This document shows positions 46,543 to 55,942 of a stretch of DNA of 64,000 nucleotides, piece by piece. The stretch lies in contig JBEBYL010000013.1 of the NCBI GenBank assembly GCA_040391135.1, positions 3,778 to 67,777 on the forward strand, given 5' to 3'. Position 1 is the stretch's first letter. Each line of letters starts with the position of its first letter. The notes below the pieces were generated by a model. The model made no database searches. It worked only from the letters and a program-made list of their open reading frames with translations, and was not told the DNA's origin. Position numbers and translations under genes: made by a program. The DNA is from Pusillimonas sp. GTDB lineage: Bacteria > Pseudomonadota > Gammaproteobacteria > Burkholderiales > Burkholderiaceae_B.

Positions 46543-46693
46543 ATCGGATGTCGAAACGTGATTGCAGAGGGAAAACCCCAATCACACGGTCTCAAGCCCA
46601 GTGCTTTAGCAGCCCGACATGCCAAGGTTGTCTCCTCCACCCTCCTCCTTTGGTGGATTTAGCCCGAGATCGTAAGATCTCGGGCTTTTTTTT
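46543..46693 (+). ncRNA. Candidate ~150-nt CU-rich (anti-Shine-Dalgarno) sRNA, reminiscent of betaproteobacterial tsRNA
   Basis: It is bounded by the promoter above and a strong intrinsic terminator. A 5' hairpin is GTGATTG...CAATCAC (46558-46586). A tandem pyrimidine motif CTCCTCC-AC-CCTCCTCC (46632-48) sits between CCAAGG and CCTTTGG arms. Confidence 0.5.
46661..46693 (+). terminator. Rho-independent terminator
   Basis: AGCCCGAGATC-gtaa-GATCTCGGGCT is a perfect 11-bp stem followed by T8. Confidence 0.8.
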
Positions 46694-46841
46694 ATCTTTT
46701 TTGCCTGTGTACCACTTTGGCCGATAGGCATCGGCACCGATTCGTGCTTATATTTCTTGTTGCAGTTGTTACGGGCAAATCGGAGGCCTTGTTACAGCTT
46801 GGCCCGATAATGTTGAAGCTACCATTGTTAATAGGGATTTT

Positions 46842-47981
46842 GTGATTTCTCCTCAAGCCTGGGAATCGTTCACCTGGTTTTACATCTGTATTGTGGCGTT
46901 CATGGTGGGCGGATTGATTGTCGCTTCGGAACGCTGGCATGGGATGTTCACCGGCGATTCCGACATGAACAAGCCGCAGGCCACTCATTCGCGCGCCGCC
47001 CCGCGCGTGGGCGGGCTGGCTGTGCTGGCCGGCAGTCTGGCGGGCCTGCTGGTGCTGGGCCCCAGCAATATGACGCTGACCTGGCTGTGGCCGGTATTGT
47101 TTATCGCGGCGATGCCGGTATTCGTGGCCGGCCTGCTGGAGGACATCACCAAGGACGTCGGTTCCGGAAAGCGCCTTTTGGCCGCCTTTGCCTCCGCCGC
47201 CATCGCCTGGTGGCTGTTGGGCGGCGTGTCGCGCGTGGGCCTGTCCTGGGCCGACTGGATTCTTTCGTACTGGCCGGTATCCCTGTTGTTCACCATGATC
47301 GCGGTCGGGGGCTGCACCCATGCCTTGAATATCGTGGACGGCATGAATGGCCTGGCGGGCATGATCGCCACGCTCATGGCCTTGTCGCTGGCGCTGGTTG
47401 CCTTACAGGTCCAGGACATCCCCATTTTCCTGATCTCCGCCGCGCTTGCTTCGGCGACGCTGGGCTTCCTGGTCTGGAACTTCCCTTTCGGCCGTGTTTT
47501 TCTGGGCGATGGCGGGGCCTACTTCCTGGGGTTCATGCTGGCGGAGCTCGCTGTTCAACTGGTGGTGCGCAATCCCAGCGTGTCGCCTTTCTACGCGCTG
47601 GCCGTATTGTTCTATCCGGTGTTTGAAACCCTGTTTTCCATCTGGCGCCGCCGCTTCAAGCGCGGCACGCCGGTGGATCAGCCCGATGCGCTTCACCTGC
47701 ATCAATTGGTTTTCCGGCGCCTGGTCCGCGTTACCTTCAGCCGGGATCGGCGCCATGCGGTGCCGGCACTGTGCAATGCGATGACCTCTCCTTATCTTTG
47801 GGTGCTGGCCCTTATCGGCCTGGTGCCCGCGACCATATGGTGGGATAACGCCTGGGCCCTTTGCGCCAGCCTGGTGGTTTTTTCCTCGGTCTATCTGTGG
47901 CTGTATTCCCGCCTGGTTTCATGGCGGCGTCCCGCATGGCTGTTATTGCCTTCGCTGGGGCGCGATAATCGTCACAAGTAG
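46842..47981 (+). CDS. Glycosyltransferase family 4 polyprenyl-phosphate HexNAc-1-P transferase (WecA/WbpL-like)
   Basis: It has a GTG start and about 10-11 TM helices. The motifs NIVDGMNGLAG and VFLGDGGAYFLGF are characteristic of the MraY/WecA family. Confidence 0.85.
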   Translation: MISPQAWESFTWFYICIVAFMVGGLIVASERWHGMFTGDSDMNKPQATHSRAAPRVGGLAVLAGSLAGLLVLGPSNMTLTWLWPVLFIAAMPVFVAGLLEDITKDVGSGKRLLAAFASAAIAWWLLGGVSRVGLSWADWILSYWPVSLLFTMIAVGGCTHALNIVDGMNGLAGMIATLMALSLALVALQVQDIPIFLISAALASATLGFLVWNFPFGRVFLGDGGAYFLGFMLAELAVQLVVRNPSVSPFYALAVLFYPVFETLFSIWRRRFKRGTPVDQPDALHLHQLVFRRLVRVTFSRDRRHAVPALCNAMTSPYLWVLALIGLVPATIWWDNAWALCASLVVFSSVYLWLYSRLVSWRRPAWLLLPSLGRDNRHK

Positions 47982-48037
47982 CGCTGGTTCGTAAATAAAC
48001 TTTCTTCTTTTTTGGCGTATAGCGTGGGAGATTCAAG

Positions 48038-49312
48038 TTGCAAATTCAAGATGTGAAACTTGCAGTAGTCGGTTTGGGCTACGTGGGCCTGCCTCTGGCA
48101 GTGGAGTTCGGCAAGAAGCGCTCGGTGCTGGGCTTCGATATCAATGCCCGCCGGATCGCGGAGCTGAAGGAAGGCCGCGACCACACGCTGGAAGTGGAGC
48201 CCGATGAACTTCGCCAGGCCGGGAAGCTGGAATTCAGCCACGAGGCGGAACACCTGGCGCGGGCCAATGTGTTCATCGTGACTGTGCCCACGCCAATAGA
48301 CGAATACAAGCAGCCCGACCTGACGCCCCTGGTGCGTGCCAGCGAGACCATAGGCAAAGTCCTCAAGCGGGGCGATATCGTGATCTACGAATCCACCGTT
48401 TATCCCGGCGCGACCGAGGAAGTGTGCGTGCCGGTGCTGGAGCGCGTTTCAGGCCTGCGGTTCAACGAGGATTTTTTCGCGGGCTACAGTCCCGAGCGCA
48501 TCAATCCCGGCGACAAGGCGCACCGCGTCTCCACCATCAAGAAAGTCACATCGGGTTCCACGCCGCAAATCGCCGACCTGGTCGACGAACTGTATGGCCA
48601 GATTATCGTGGCGGGTACGCACAAGGCGCCGTCGATACGCGTGGCCGAGGCGGCCAAGGTCATCGAGAACACGCAGCGGGACGTCAATATCGCGCTGATC
48701 AACGAGCTGGCGCTGATTTTCAACCGAATGGGCATCGACACCCAGGCGGTGCTGGAAGCGGCCGGCACCAAATGGAATTTCCTGCCCTTTCGCCCAGGCC
48801 TGGTCGGCGGCCACTGCATAGGCGTCGATCCTTATTACCTGACCCACAAGGCGCAAGCCATCGGCTATCACCCGGAAATCATCCTGGCGGGCCGGCGGCT
48901 CAACGATTCCATGGGCGGCTATGTCGTATCGCAATTGGTCAAGACCATGACGAAGCGGCGCATACAGGTGCAGGGCTCCAAGGTGCTGGTCATGGGCCTG
49001 GCCTTCAAGGAAAACTGCCCCGACCTGCGTAATACCCGGATCGTGGACATCGTGCGCGAGCTGGGCGAATACAACATCGACGTAGACGTCTATGATCCAT
49101 GGGTGGATGCGGACGAAGCGGTGCACGAGTACGGCATCACGCCGATCGACAGCCCGAAAGCGGGTTCCTACGACGGCATCATCCTGGCAGTGTCCCATCA
49201 ACAGTTCGTCGCCATGGGCTGCCAGGCCATTCGCGCCCTGGGCAAGTCCGATCACGTGCTGTATGACCTGAAGTACGTGCTGGCCGCCGATGAATCCGAT
49301 CTGCGGCTGTAA
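48038..49312 (+). CDS. UDP-N-acetyl-hexosamine 6-dehydrogenase (WbpO/TviB-like nucleotide-sugar dehydrogenase)
   Basis: It has a TTG start 6 nt after GGGAGA. Motifs are [12 protein letters not shown], the catalytic-Cys region [12 protein letters not shown] and SPERINPGD. Confidence 0.88.
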   Translation: MQIQDVKLAVVGLGYVGLPLAVEFGKKRSVLGFDINARRIAELKEGRDHTLEVEPDELRQAGKLEFSHEAEHLARANVFIVTVPTPIDEYKQPDLTPLVRASETIGKVLKRGDIVIYESTVYPGATEEVCVPVLERVSGLRFNEDFFAGYSPERINPGDKAHRVSTIKKVTSGSTPQIADLVDELYGQIIVAGTHKAPSIRVAEAAKVIENTQRDVNIALINELALIFNRMGIDTQAVLEAAGTKWNFLPFRPGLVGGHCIGVDPYYLTHKAQAIGYHPEIILAGRRLNDSMGGYVVSQLVKTMTKRRIQVQGSKVLVMGLAFKENCPDLRNTRIVDIVRELGEYNIDVDVYDPWVDADEAVHEYGITPIDSPKAGSYDGIILAVSHQQFVAMGCQAIRALGKSDHVLYDLKYVLAADESDLRL

Positions 49313-49326
49313 GAGAAGGGGGATTT

Positions 49327-50352
49327 ATGACTACGCGCTATCAGGAAGTAACCGCCGGACTGCAGTCCGAACCCAAGACCTGGCTGATCACGGGCTGCGC
49401 CGGCTTCATTGGTTCCAATCTGTTGGAATCCCTGCTGCTCATGGACCAGAAGGTGGTAGGGCTGGATAATTTCGCGACCGGGCATCAATACAATCTGGAT
49501 GAAGTCCGGAAGACCGTCGCGCCGGCCCAGTGGGCCAATTTCGTGTTTCATGAAGGCGACATCCGCGATCTGGACACCTGCCGCAAGGCGGTATCCGGCG
49601 TGGACCATGTCCTGCACCAGGCGGCGCTGGGTTCCGTGCCCCGTTCGCTGAAGGACCCCATTACAAGCAACGGCGTCAATATCGACGGTTTCCTGAACAT
49701 GCTGGTCGCCGCGCGCGACCAGCAGGTCCAGTCCTTCGTGTATGCGGCCTCCAGTTCGACCTACGGCGATCACGAGGCCCTGCCCAAGGTGGAAGACCGC
49801 ATAGGCCGGCCGCTGTCGCCTTATGCCGTCACCAAGTATGTCAACGAACTGTATGCCGATGTCTTTGCGCGCGCCTATGGATTCGGCAGCATCGGGTTGC
49901 GCTACTTCAATGTGTTCGGCAAGCGCCAGGATCCCAATGGCGCCTATGCCGCCGTCATTCCAAAGTGGATCGCGGCCATGATACGCGGCGAAGACGTGAT
50001 GGTGAACGGCGACGGCGAGACCAGCCGCGACTTCTGCTTTATCGACAACGTGGTCCAGGCCAACATCCTGGCGGCGCTGGCCCAGCCTGACGGCGTGAAC
50101 CAGGTGTACAACGTGGCCTACAACGCTCGTACCAGCCTGAACGAACTGTTCAACTACCTGGCCCAGGCGCTGGGCAACAACGGCATCGTGTACGACAAGC
50201 AGCCCGTTTACGGCGATTTCCGCGCCGGCGACGTGCGGCATTCCCAGGCGGACATCAGCAAGGCGAAGCAATTGCTGGGGTACGAGCCGATGCACAACAT
50301 CGTGCAGGGGCTGGAAGTGTCCATGCCCTGGTATACGCAATTCTTGCGTTGA
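49327..50352 (+). CDS. UDP-GlcNAc(A) C4-epimerase (WbpP/TviC-like SDR)
   Basis: It has [17 protein letters not shown] and YAVTKYVNE (YxxxK). Confidence 0.88.
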   Translation: MTTRYQEVTAGLQSEPKTWLITGCAGFIGSNLLESLLLMDQKVVGLDNFATGHQYNLDEVRKTVAPAQWANFVFHEGDIRDLDTCRKAVSGVDHVLHQAALGSVPRSLKDPITSNGVNIDGFLNMLVAARDQQVQSFVYAASSSTYGDHEALPKVEDRIGRPLSPYAVTKYVNELYADVFARAYGFGSIGLRYFNVFGKRQDPNGAYAAVIPKWIAAMIRGEDVMVNGDGETSRDFCFIDNVVQANILAALAQPDGVNQVYNVAYNARTSLNELFNYLAQALGNNGIVYDKQPVYGDFRAGDVRHSQADISKAKQLLGYEPMHNIVQGLEVSMPWYTQFLR

Positions 50353-50353
50353 C

Positions 50354-51709
50354 TTGAAAACTCTGGCGCGGCGGCTTTCCAGTCTGCACTCCGATCACAA
50401 GCGCATTGCACAAGGTGCGATGCGCGTGGCGTTTTTCCTGCTGCTGGGCAAGGCAGCGGGCGCGTTCAAGGAAATGGCGGTGGCCTACCGCTACGGCATC
50501 AGCGATGCGGTGGATGCCTACCAGTTCACCATGACCATGGCGAACTGGCTGCCCGTTACCATCGTGGGCGCGCTGTCAGTCGTGCTGATTCCGGTGCTGG
50601 TGCGTACACGCCGCGAAGCCCGCGCCGGCCGCGCGCGTTTTCTGGGCGAGCTGCAAGGCTGGATCATTGCGGCGGGCACCTTGCTGGCGGTTGCCACTTA
50701 TGTGGCCTGGCCCTGGGTGCTCGATTTCGCCGGACAAGGGCTGACGCCTGAAGCCCGGCGCATGAGCCGGGAGCTGACCTTCGCCTTTGCGCCGGCGGCC
50801 CTGCTGACCCTGATGACGGGCATCAGTGCCGCGCGCTTGCGCGCGCATGAACGCCACATCAATACCCTGCTGGACAGCGTCCCGGCGGTGGTCATATTGA
50901 TCTGGGTCCTGCTGGCCGCCACCGTGGACAATATTGGCCCCTTGTTGTGGGGTACGCTGGTCGGCTATCTGATTCAATCGGTGTGGCTGCTTTGGCTGGC
51001 GGCCAAGGCCGACGGCATGTGGGGGCGGCCGCGCCTGAGCCTGGCTTCGACGCATTGGCCGGAGCTGGTCAAGGCGGCCGGCATCATGCTGGTGGGGCAG
51101 GTGGCCATGAGCTTCGTGGGGCCCATCGATCAGTACACCGCGGCCAACCTGGGCAGCAACGCCAATGCAACGCTGGGTTATGCCAGCCGCCTGCTGTCCC
51201 TGATACTTGGCGTGGGCGCCGCATCGGTGGGGCGGGCGGCCTTGCCGGTGCTGGCCGACATCCACAGCCGGGGAGACCGGGAACGGGCGCGCGCCACCGC
51301 GCTGAAGTGGTCGGTATTGATGCTGGCGGCGGGTGCGGCGGTTACGCTGGCCGGATGGGTGCTGGCGCCCTGGGGCGTGGAACTGCTGTTCGAACGCGGG
51401 GCTTTCACGGCGCAGAACACCCAGGCGGTGGCCCAGGTGCTGCGCTGGGGCCTGCTGCAGCTGCCTTTTTATTTTGGAGTCCTGATACTGGTGCAGTTGC
51501 TGGCCAGCCAGAATCGTTATCGCATCATGGCCGCCATCGCGGTGGCCAACTTTGCCGTCAAGGCCGTGCTGAATCCGGTCCTGGCTCCGCAGATGGGGCC
51601 GGCCGGCATCATGCTGGCGACCAGCGTGATGTACGCCTTGTCGTACGCCTGCTACGTGGTCGTGGCGCTGCGTCCGCCGGCCGCGCCGGCGGCATCCAAT
51701 CCGCTTTAG
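50354..51709 (+). CDS. MurJ/MviN-like MOP-superfamily flippase within the polysaccharide locus
   Basis: This is a 451-aa polytopic protein. The N-terminus ...LGKAAGAFKEMAVAYRYGISDAVDAYQF... resembles the MurJ pattern (RilGlvRd...A..fG....DAF). Confidence 0.7.
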   Translation: MKTLARRLSSLHSDHKRIAQGAMRVAFFLLLGKAAGAFKEMAVAYRYGISDAVDAYQFTMTMANWLPVTIVGALSVVLIPVLVRTRREARAGRARFLGELQGWIIAAGTLLAVATYVAWPWVLDFAGQGLTPEARRMSRELTFAFAPAALLTLMTGISAARLRAHERHINTLLDSVPAVVILIWVLLAATVDNIGPLLWGTLVGYLIQSVWLLWLAAKADGMWGRPRLSLASTHWPELVKAAGIMLVGQVAMSFVGPIDQYTAANLGSNANATLGYASRLLSLILGVGAASVGRAALPVLADIHSRGDRERARATALKWSVLMLAAGAAVTLAGWVLAPWGVELLFERGAFTAQNTQAVAQVLRWGLLQLPFYFGVLILVQLLASQNRYRIMAAIAVANFAVKAVLNPVLAPQMGPAGIMLATSVMYALSYACYVVVALRPPAAPAASNPL

Positions 51710-51725
51710 AAACACAGGTATTGCA

Positions 51726-52850
51726 TTGAGTCATTCTTTCCAGAAGCCCCATCTCATGATCGTCATCCATTCCCTCAGCGGGGGCGGAGCCGAGCGGGTT
51801 GCGGCCGACCTGAGCGCCTATTGGGTTCAGCGGGGCTTTAACGTTACGCTGGTCACCCAGGCGGACGCCAGCACCGATGCCTACCCCTTGCACCCCGCGG
51901 TAACGCGCCATGCATTGGGGACCGCGGCGCCCAGCGCCGGCCGCTTGTCGGCCGCGCTGGCCAATCTGCGGCGCGTCTGGAGCCTGCGCCGGCTGATCAA
52001 GCGCGAACGCCCCACCGTTGTGCTGGGCATGATGACGACGGCGTCGGTGCTGGCCATCGCGGCGGCGCGCGGGCAGCCCTGCCGGGTCATCGCCACCGAG
52101 CATACGCATCCGCCTTCGCAGGAATTGCCGGCGATATGGGAACGGCTGCGCCGCTGGGCTTACCCCCAGGCCAGCGCGGTGGTGGCCCTGACGTCGGGCA
52201 CGGCCTCCTGGCTGGAAAAGCATGTGCCCGGATCGCGCCTGACCGTCATTCCTAATGCCGTGCGCTGGCCGCTGGAAAGCGCCGAGCCCGTAATCGATCC
52301 GCCGCGCCGCAATGGCCGCTACCGCGTGCTGGCGGTCGGACGCCTGCACCCTCATAAAGGCTTCGACATACTGATCCGCGCTTTTCACGAAATCTCCGCG
52401 CATTTTCCCGAGTGGGACTTGATCATCCTGGGCGAGGGCGATTGCCGGGCGGAGCTGCAGGATCAGATCGATGCGGCGGGCCTGGGCGAACGCATCAGCA
52501 TGCCGGGAAGGGTGGGTAATGTGGCCGACTGGTATATGCAGTCCGACCTGTATGTGCTCAGCTCGCGGGTCGAGGGCTTGTCCAACACTTTGCTTGAGGC
52601 CATGGCCAGCGGCTTGGCGCCGGTCGCCTTCGATTGCGAAACGGGCCCGCGCGAAATCGTGCGCAACGGTATCGACGGGGTGCTGGTCAGTCCCGCCGGC
52701 GACAGCGAAGCGCTGGCGGCGCATCTGTCCGATATGATGGCTCATCCGGAACAGCGCGAGGCCTACGCCCGGCGCGCCGTGGACGTGCGGGATCGTTTCT
52801 CCACCCCCCGGATCATGGCGCTGTGGGGCTATTTGTTTGAAGTGCATTGA
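51726..52850 (+). CDS. Glycosyltransferase family 4 (GT-B)
   Basis: It has HSLSGGGAERV at the N-terminus and the EGLSNTLLEAMASGLAPV (E-x7-E) motif. The start is uncertain, either TTG 51726 or ATG 51756. Confidence 0.85.
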   Translation: MSHSFQKPHLMIVIHSLSGGGAERVAADLSAYWVQRGFNVTLVTQADASTDAYPLHPAVTRHALGTAAPSAGRLSAALANLRRVWSLRRLIKRERPTVVLGMMTTASVLAIAAARGQPCRVIATEHTHPPSQELPAIWERLRRWAYPQASAVVALTSGTASWLEKHVPGSRLTVIPNAVRWPLESAEPVIDPPRRNGRYRVLAVGRLHPHKGFDILIRAFHEISAHFPEWDLIILGEGDCRAELQDQIDAAGLGERISMPGRVGNVADWYMQSDLYVLSSRVEGLSNTLLEAMASGLAPVAFDCETGPREIVRNGIDGVLVSPAGDSEALAAHLSDMMAHPEQREAYARRAVDVRDRFSTPRIMALWGYLFEVH

Positions 52851-52886
52851 CGCGGCCCGGCATACGGGCGCGTAAGCGAGCGGATT

Positions 52887-54800
52887 ATGTGTGGAATCGT
52901 GGGGATCTGGGGCGGCTTGCCTGACAAGCGCGCGCTGATAAGCGGCGGGTGCCGCAGCATGCGGCATCGCGGGCCCGATAGCGAAGGCTATTGGGAGGAC
53001 GAGGGCGCGGGGCTGGCCCTGGGCCACGTCCGGCTGGCCATACTCGATCTGACACCCGCCGGCCATCAGCCCATGGTATCGGCCTGCGGCCGCTATGTGC
53101 TGGTATTGAACGGCGAAATCTACAATCACCTCGACCTGCGTTCGCGGCTGGAGGCGCAAGAGCGGGCGCCGGCCTGGCGCGGCCATTCCGATACCGAGAC
53201 CATCCTGGCCGCTTTGGCCGCATGGGGCATCCAGGACACCCTGAAATCCGCCGTCGGCATGTTCGCCATGGCATTGTGGGATCGCCAGGAGCGCGAATTG
53301 ACGCTGATGCGCGACCGCCTGGGCGAGAAGCCCTTGTACCTGGGCTTCGCCGGACGCAATTTTGTGTTCGCCTCTGAACTGAAAGCGCTGGACGGTGTTC
53401 CCGGCTTCGGCCAGGAACTGGACCGCAGGGCTTTGTCGCTGCTGTTGCGCCACAACTATATTCCCGCTCCCTACAGCATATACAGCGGTATCGGCAAGCT
53501 GGCGCCGGGCTCATGGTTGACGTTGTCCGAGTCGCAATTGCATCAGGCGGCCCTGCCGCCCGCGCATTCGTACTGGTCGGTCCAGGAGGCCAGGCGGCAG
53601 GCGATGGAGCGTCCCTTGTCTTTCGATTCGGACGACAAGGCCGTCGATGCGCTGGACGCGGTGCTGGGAACGGCCGTCAAAGGGCAGATGATCTCGGACG
53701 TGGGCCTGGGCGCCTTCCTGTCCGGCGGCATCGATTCATCGGTGGTGGCGGCGCTTATGCAAAAGGCCGGCACGCAGCCTGTCAAGACCTTCTCCATCGG
53801 ATTCGACGATCCGGCCTTCAACGAGGCCGAGCATGCCAAGGCCGTTGCGGCTCACCTGGGAACCTCGCATACCGAGCTCTATGTCAGCGCCCAGGACGCG
53901 CTGGCAGTGGTGCCGGAACTGGCGGCCATGTACGATGAGCCCTTTGCCGATTCGTCGCAGATACCCACGGCGCTGGTTGCGCGCATGGCGCGCCGGCACG
54001 TAACCGTGGCGCTTTCGGGCGATGGCGGGGACGAGCTGTTCGGCGGCTATTCCCGCTACTTCCGCGCACAGCGCTGGTGGGACAAGCGCCAAGCCGTGCC
54101 TGCCGCGCTGCGCGGCCCGATGGCGATGGCGGCCCGGGCGGGCGCGGGCCTGATGCCCGCCAGCCATGCGCGCGACCAACTGGAAAAATTGGCCGAAGTA
54201 TTGGGGGCGGCGCATGCCGGGGCGTTCTACCAGCAGTTCGTGACTTATTGGAAGCAGCCGGCCCAGGCATTGATAGGCGCCGACCTGCCGGCGACGCTGT
54301 TCGACGCGCCGCCGCGGGACGGCCTGTTCGAGCATATGATGCTGCTGGATGCGCAGACTTACCTGCCTGACGACATACTGGTGAAGGTGGATAGGGCGGC
54401 GATGGCCGCCAGCCTGGAAACCCGCGTGCCGATGATAGACCATCGCGTATTCGAATTTGCGCAAAGCCTGCCGCTGGGCTACAAAGTTCGGGGCGGAAAA
54501 GGGAAATGGCTGCTGCGCCAGTTGCTGTACCGTTATGTTCCGCGCGAATTGGTGGACCGTCCCAAGAAGGGTTTTTCGGTACCGGTGGCGGCATGGCTGC
54601 GCGGTCCCTTGAAGGACTGGGGAGCCGCCTTGCTCGACCCCGCGCGATTGCGCCGCGATGGACTGTTCCATGCGGAGCCCATCGTGCGCAAATGGGAGGA
54701 GCACCAACGCGGCAGTCACGATTGGGGCACGCACTTGTGGAGCATCTTGATGACGCAAGCCTGGCTGGATAGGAATAAGAGCAATACCACGAAGGGATAG
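52887..54800 (+). CDS. Asparagine synthase (glutamine-hydrolysing)-like amidotransferase (WbpS-like)
   Basis: It has the N-terminal nucleophile MCGIVGIW and the PP-loop FLSGGIDSS. Confidence 0.9.
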   Translation: MCGIVGIWGGLPDKRALISGGCRSMRHRGPDSEGYWEDEGAGLALGHVRLAILDLTPAGHQPMVSACGRYVLVLNGEIYNHLDLRSRLEAQERAPAWRGHSDTETILAALAAWGIQDTLKSAVGMFAMALWDRQERELTLMRDRLGEKPLYLGFAGRNFVFASELKALDGVPGFGQELDRRALSLLLRHNYIPAPYSIYSGIGKLAPGSWLTLSESQLHQAALPPAHSYWSVQEARRQAMERPLSFDSDDKAVDALDAVLGTAVKGQMISDVGLGAFLSGGIDSSVVAALMQKAGTQPVKTFSIGFDDPAFNEAEHAKAVAAHLGTSHTELYVSAQDALAVVPELAAMYDEPFADSSQIPTALVARMARRHVTVALSGDGGDELFGGYSRYFRAQRWWDKRQAVPAALRGPMAMAARAGAGLMPASHARDQLEKLAEVLGAAHAGAFYQQFVTYWKQPAQALIGADLPATLFDAPPRDGLFEHMMLLDAQTYLPDDILVKVDRAAMAASLETRVPMIDHRVFEFAQSLPLGYKVRGGKGKWLLRQLLYRYVPRELVDRPKKGFSVPVAAWLRGPLKDWGAALLDPARLRRDGLFHAEPIVRKWEEHQRGSHDWGTHLWSILMTQAWLDRNKSNTTKG

Positions 54801-54802
54801 CC

Positions 54803-55942
54803 ATGAGAATACTGTTCTTTGTCAGTTCCATGCATGCGGGCGGCGCCGAACGCGTTGCCGCCACGCTGGCAAGCGGCTGGGCCCGGCGCGGCGATTCCGT
54901 TACGCTGGTGCCCACCTACACGAAGAAGGGCAGTTGCTTCTACAGCCTGAACCCCGCCGTCCGGCTGGTCTGGCTGGCCGACCGCATGGGATGGCTGGGC
55001 CGCACGCTCTTGCCGTCCTTAAGCAAATGGTTCGCCATCCGGCGGCTGGTCCGGGAAACCAATCCCGACGTCATTGTTTCCTTCCTGACCAATGTCAATG
55101 TGGTGGTCTTGTTCGCCACCCGCGGGCTGGGGGTTCCGGTCATCGTCTGCGAACGGACCAATCCGGCATTCAGCAGCAGCGCCGGCACTTTCCTGCAGCG
55201 TTTGCGGCGCTTCAGCTATCCATGGGCGAACGCCGTGGTCCTGCAGTCGCAGGACAGCGTCGACGCATTCAGGCAGATGGTCCCGCGGGCGAAGGAACTG
55301 CTGGTCGTGCCCAACCCTCTTCCCCCCGATCTGCGCGACCTTGCTATCGCTCCCTCGGCGCCCGTCGCCGCCCGGCGCCTTGTCCTGGGAATGGGCCGGC
55401 TGGTTCCATTCAAGCGCTTCGATGCCCTGATCCAGGCCTTCGCGGCGCTGGCCAACGATTATCCCGATTGGGATCTGGCCATATGGGGCGAAGGGCCGCA
55501 GCGCGATGAACTGATGCAGCAAATCCAGGACACCGGCCTGGCGTCCCGCATTTCATTGCCGGGCCGCACGGAGCAGCCGTGGCAGGAAATGGCCAAGGCC
55601 GATATTTTCGTGCTGACCTCTCAGGTGGAGGGTTTTCCCAATGTGCTGCTGGAAGCCATGGCGCTGGGGCGCGCCTGCGTCACCGTGGATTGCCCCAGCG
55701 GCCCCAGGGAGCTCAGCCAGGACGGCAAGTACGCGTTGCTGACGCCCCTGGGCGATCAGCCGGCCTTGTGCCGCGCGATGGCGCAGCTTATGGACGATTC
55801 CACCTTGCGCGATGTCATGGGCCGGCACGCCGCCGCCTCCGTGCAGGAGCGCTACGGCTTGCCCGAGATACTGCTGCGCTGGGACGAAGTCATGGCCAAG
55901 GCCAGGCCGTTCGTTCCGCAAGAGGACAAGGTGGCTGGATGA
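54803..55942 (+). CDS. Glycosyltransferase family 4 (GT-B)
   Basis: It has SSMHAGGAERV and EGFPNVLLEAMALGRACV. It is a paralogue of the 51726 gene. Confidence 0.85.
   Translation: MRILFFVSSMHAGGAERVAATLASGWARRGDSVTLVPTYTKKGSCFYSLNPAVRLVWLADRMGWLGRTLLPSLSKWFAIRRLVRETNPDVIVSFLTNVNVVVLFATRGLGVPVIVCERTNPAFSSSAGTFLQRLRRFSYPWANAVVLQSQDSVDAFRQMVPRAKELLVVPNPLPPDLRDLAIAPSAPVAARRLVLGMGRLVPFKRFDALIQAFAALANDYPDWDLAIWGEGPQRDELMQQIQDTGLASRISLPGRTEQPWQEMAKADIFVLTSQVEGFPNVLLEAMALGRACVTVDCPSGPRELSQDGKYALLTPLGDQPALCRAMAQLMDDSTLRDVMGRHAAASVQERYGLPEILLRWDEVMAKARPFVPQEDKVAG

Noticed and set aside
46548-46727. A 59-codon ORF (MSKRDCRGKTPITRSQAQCF...) running through the candidate sRNA.
   Set aside because: It has no SD and would begin about 5 nt after the predicted transcription start. 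It reads straight through the intrinsic terminator stem and U-tract, and its sequence is low-complexity.
46362-46841. A search for a JUMPstart/ops (GGCGGTAG) element upstream of the polysaccharide cluster.
   Set aside because: The motif was not found on either strand of this intergenic region. Only short GTTACAG/TGTAAC recurrences were seen, and these are likely chance.
55579-55938. A 120-aa N-terminal extension of the double-GT ORF.
   Set aside because: It overlaps the 3' end of the preceding glycosyltransferase in another frame. The ATG at 55939 forms an ATGA stop/start overlap, and the conserved GT sequence begins there.
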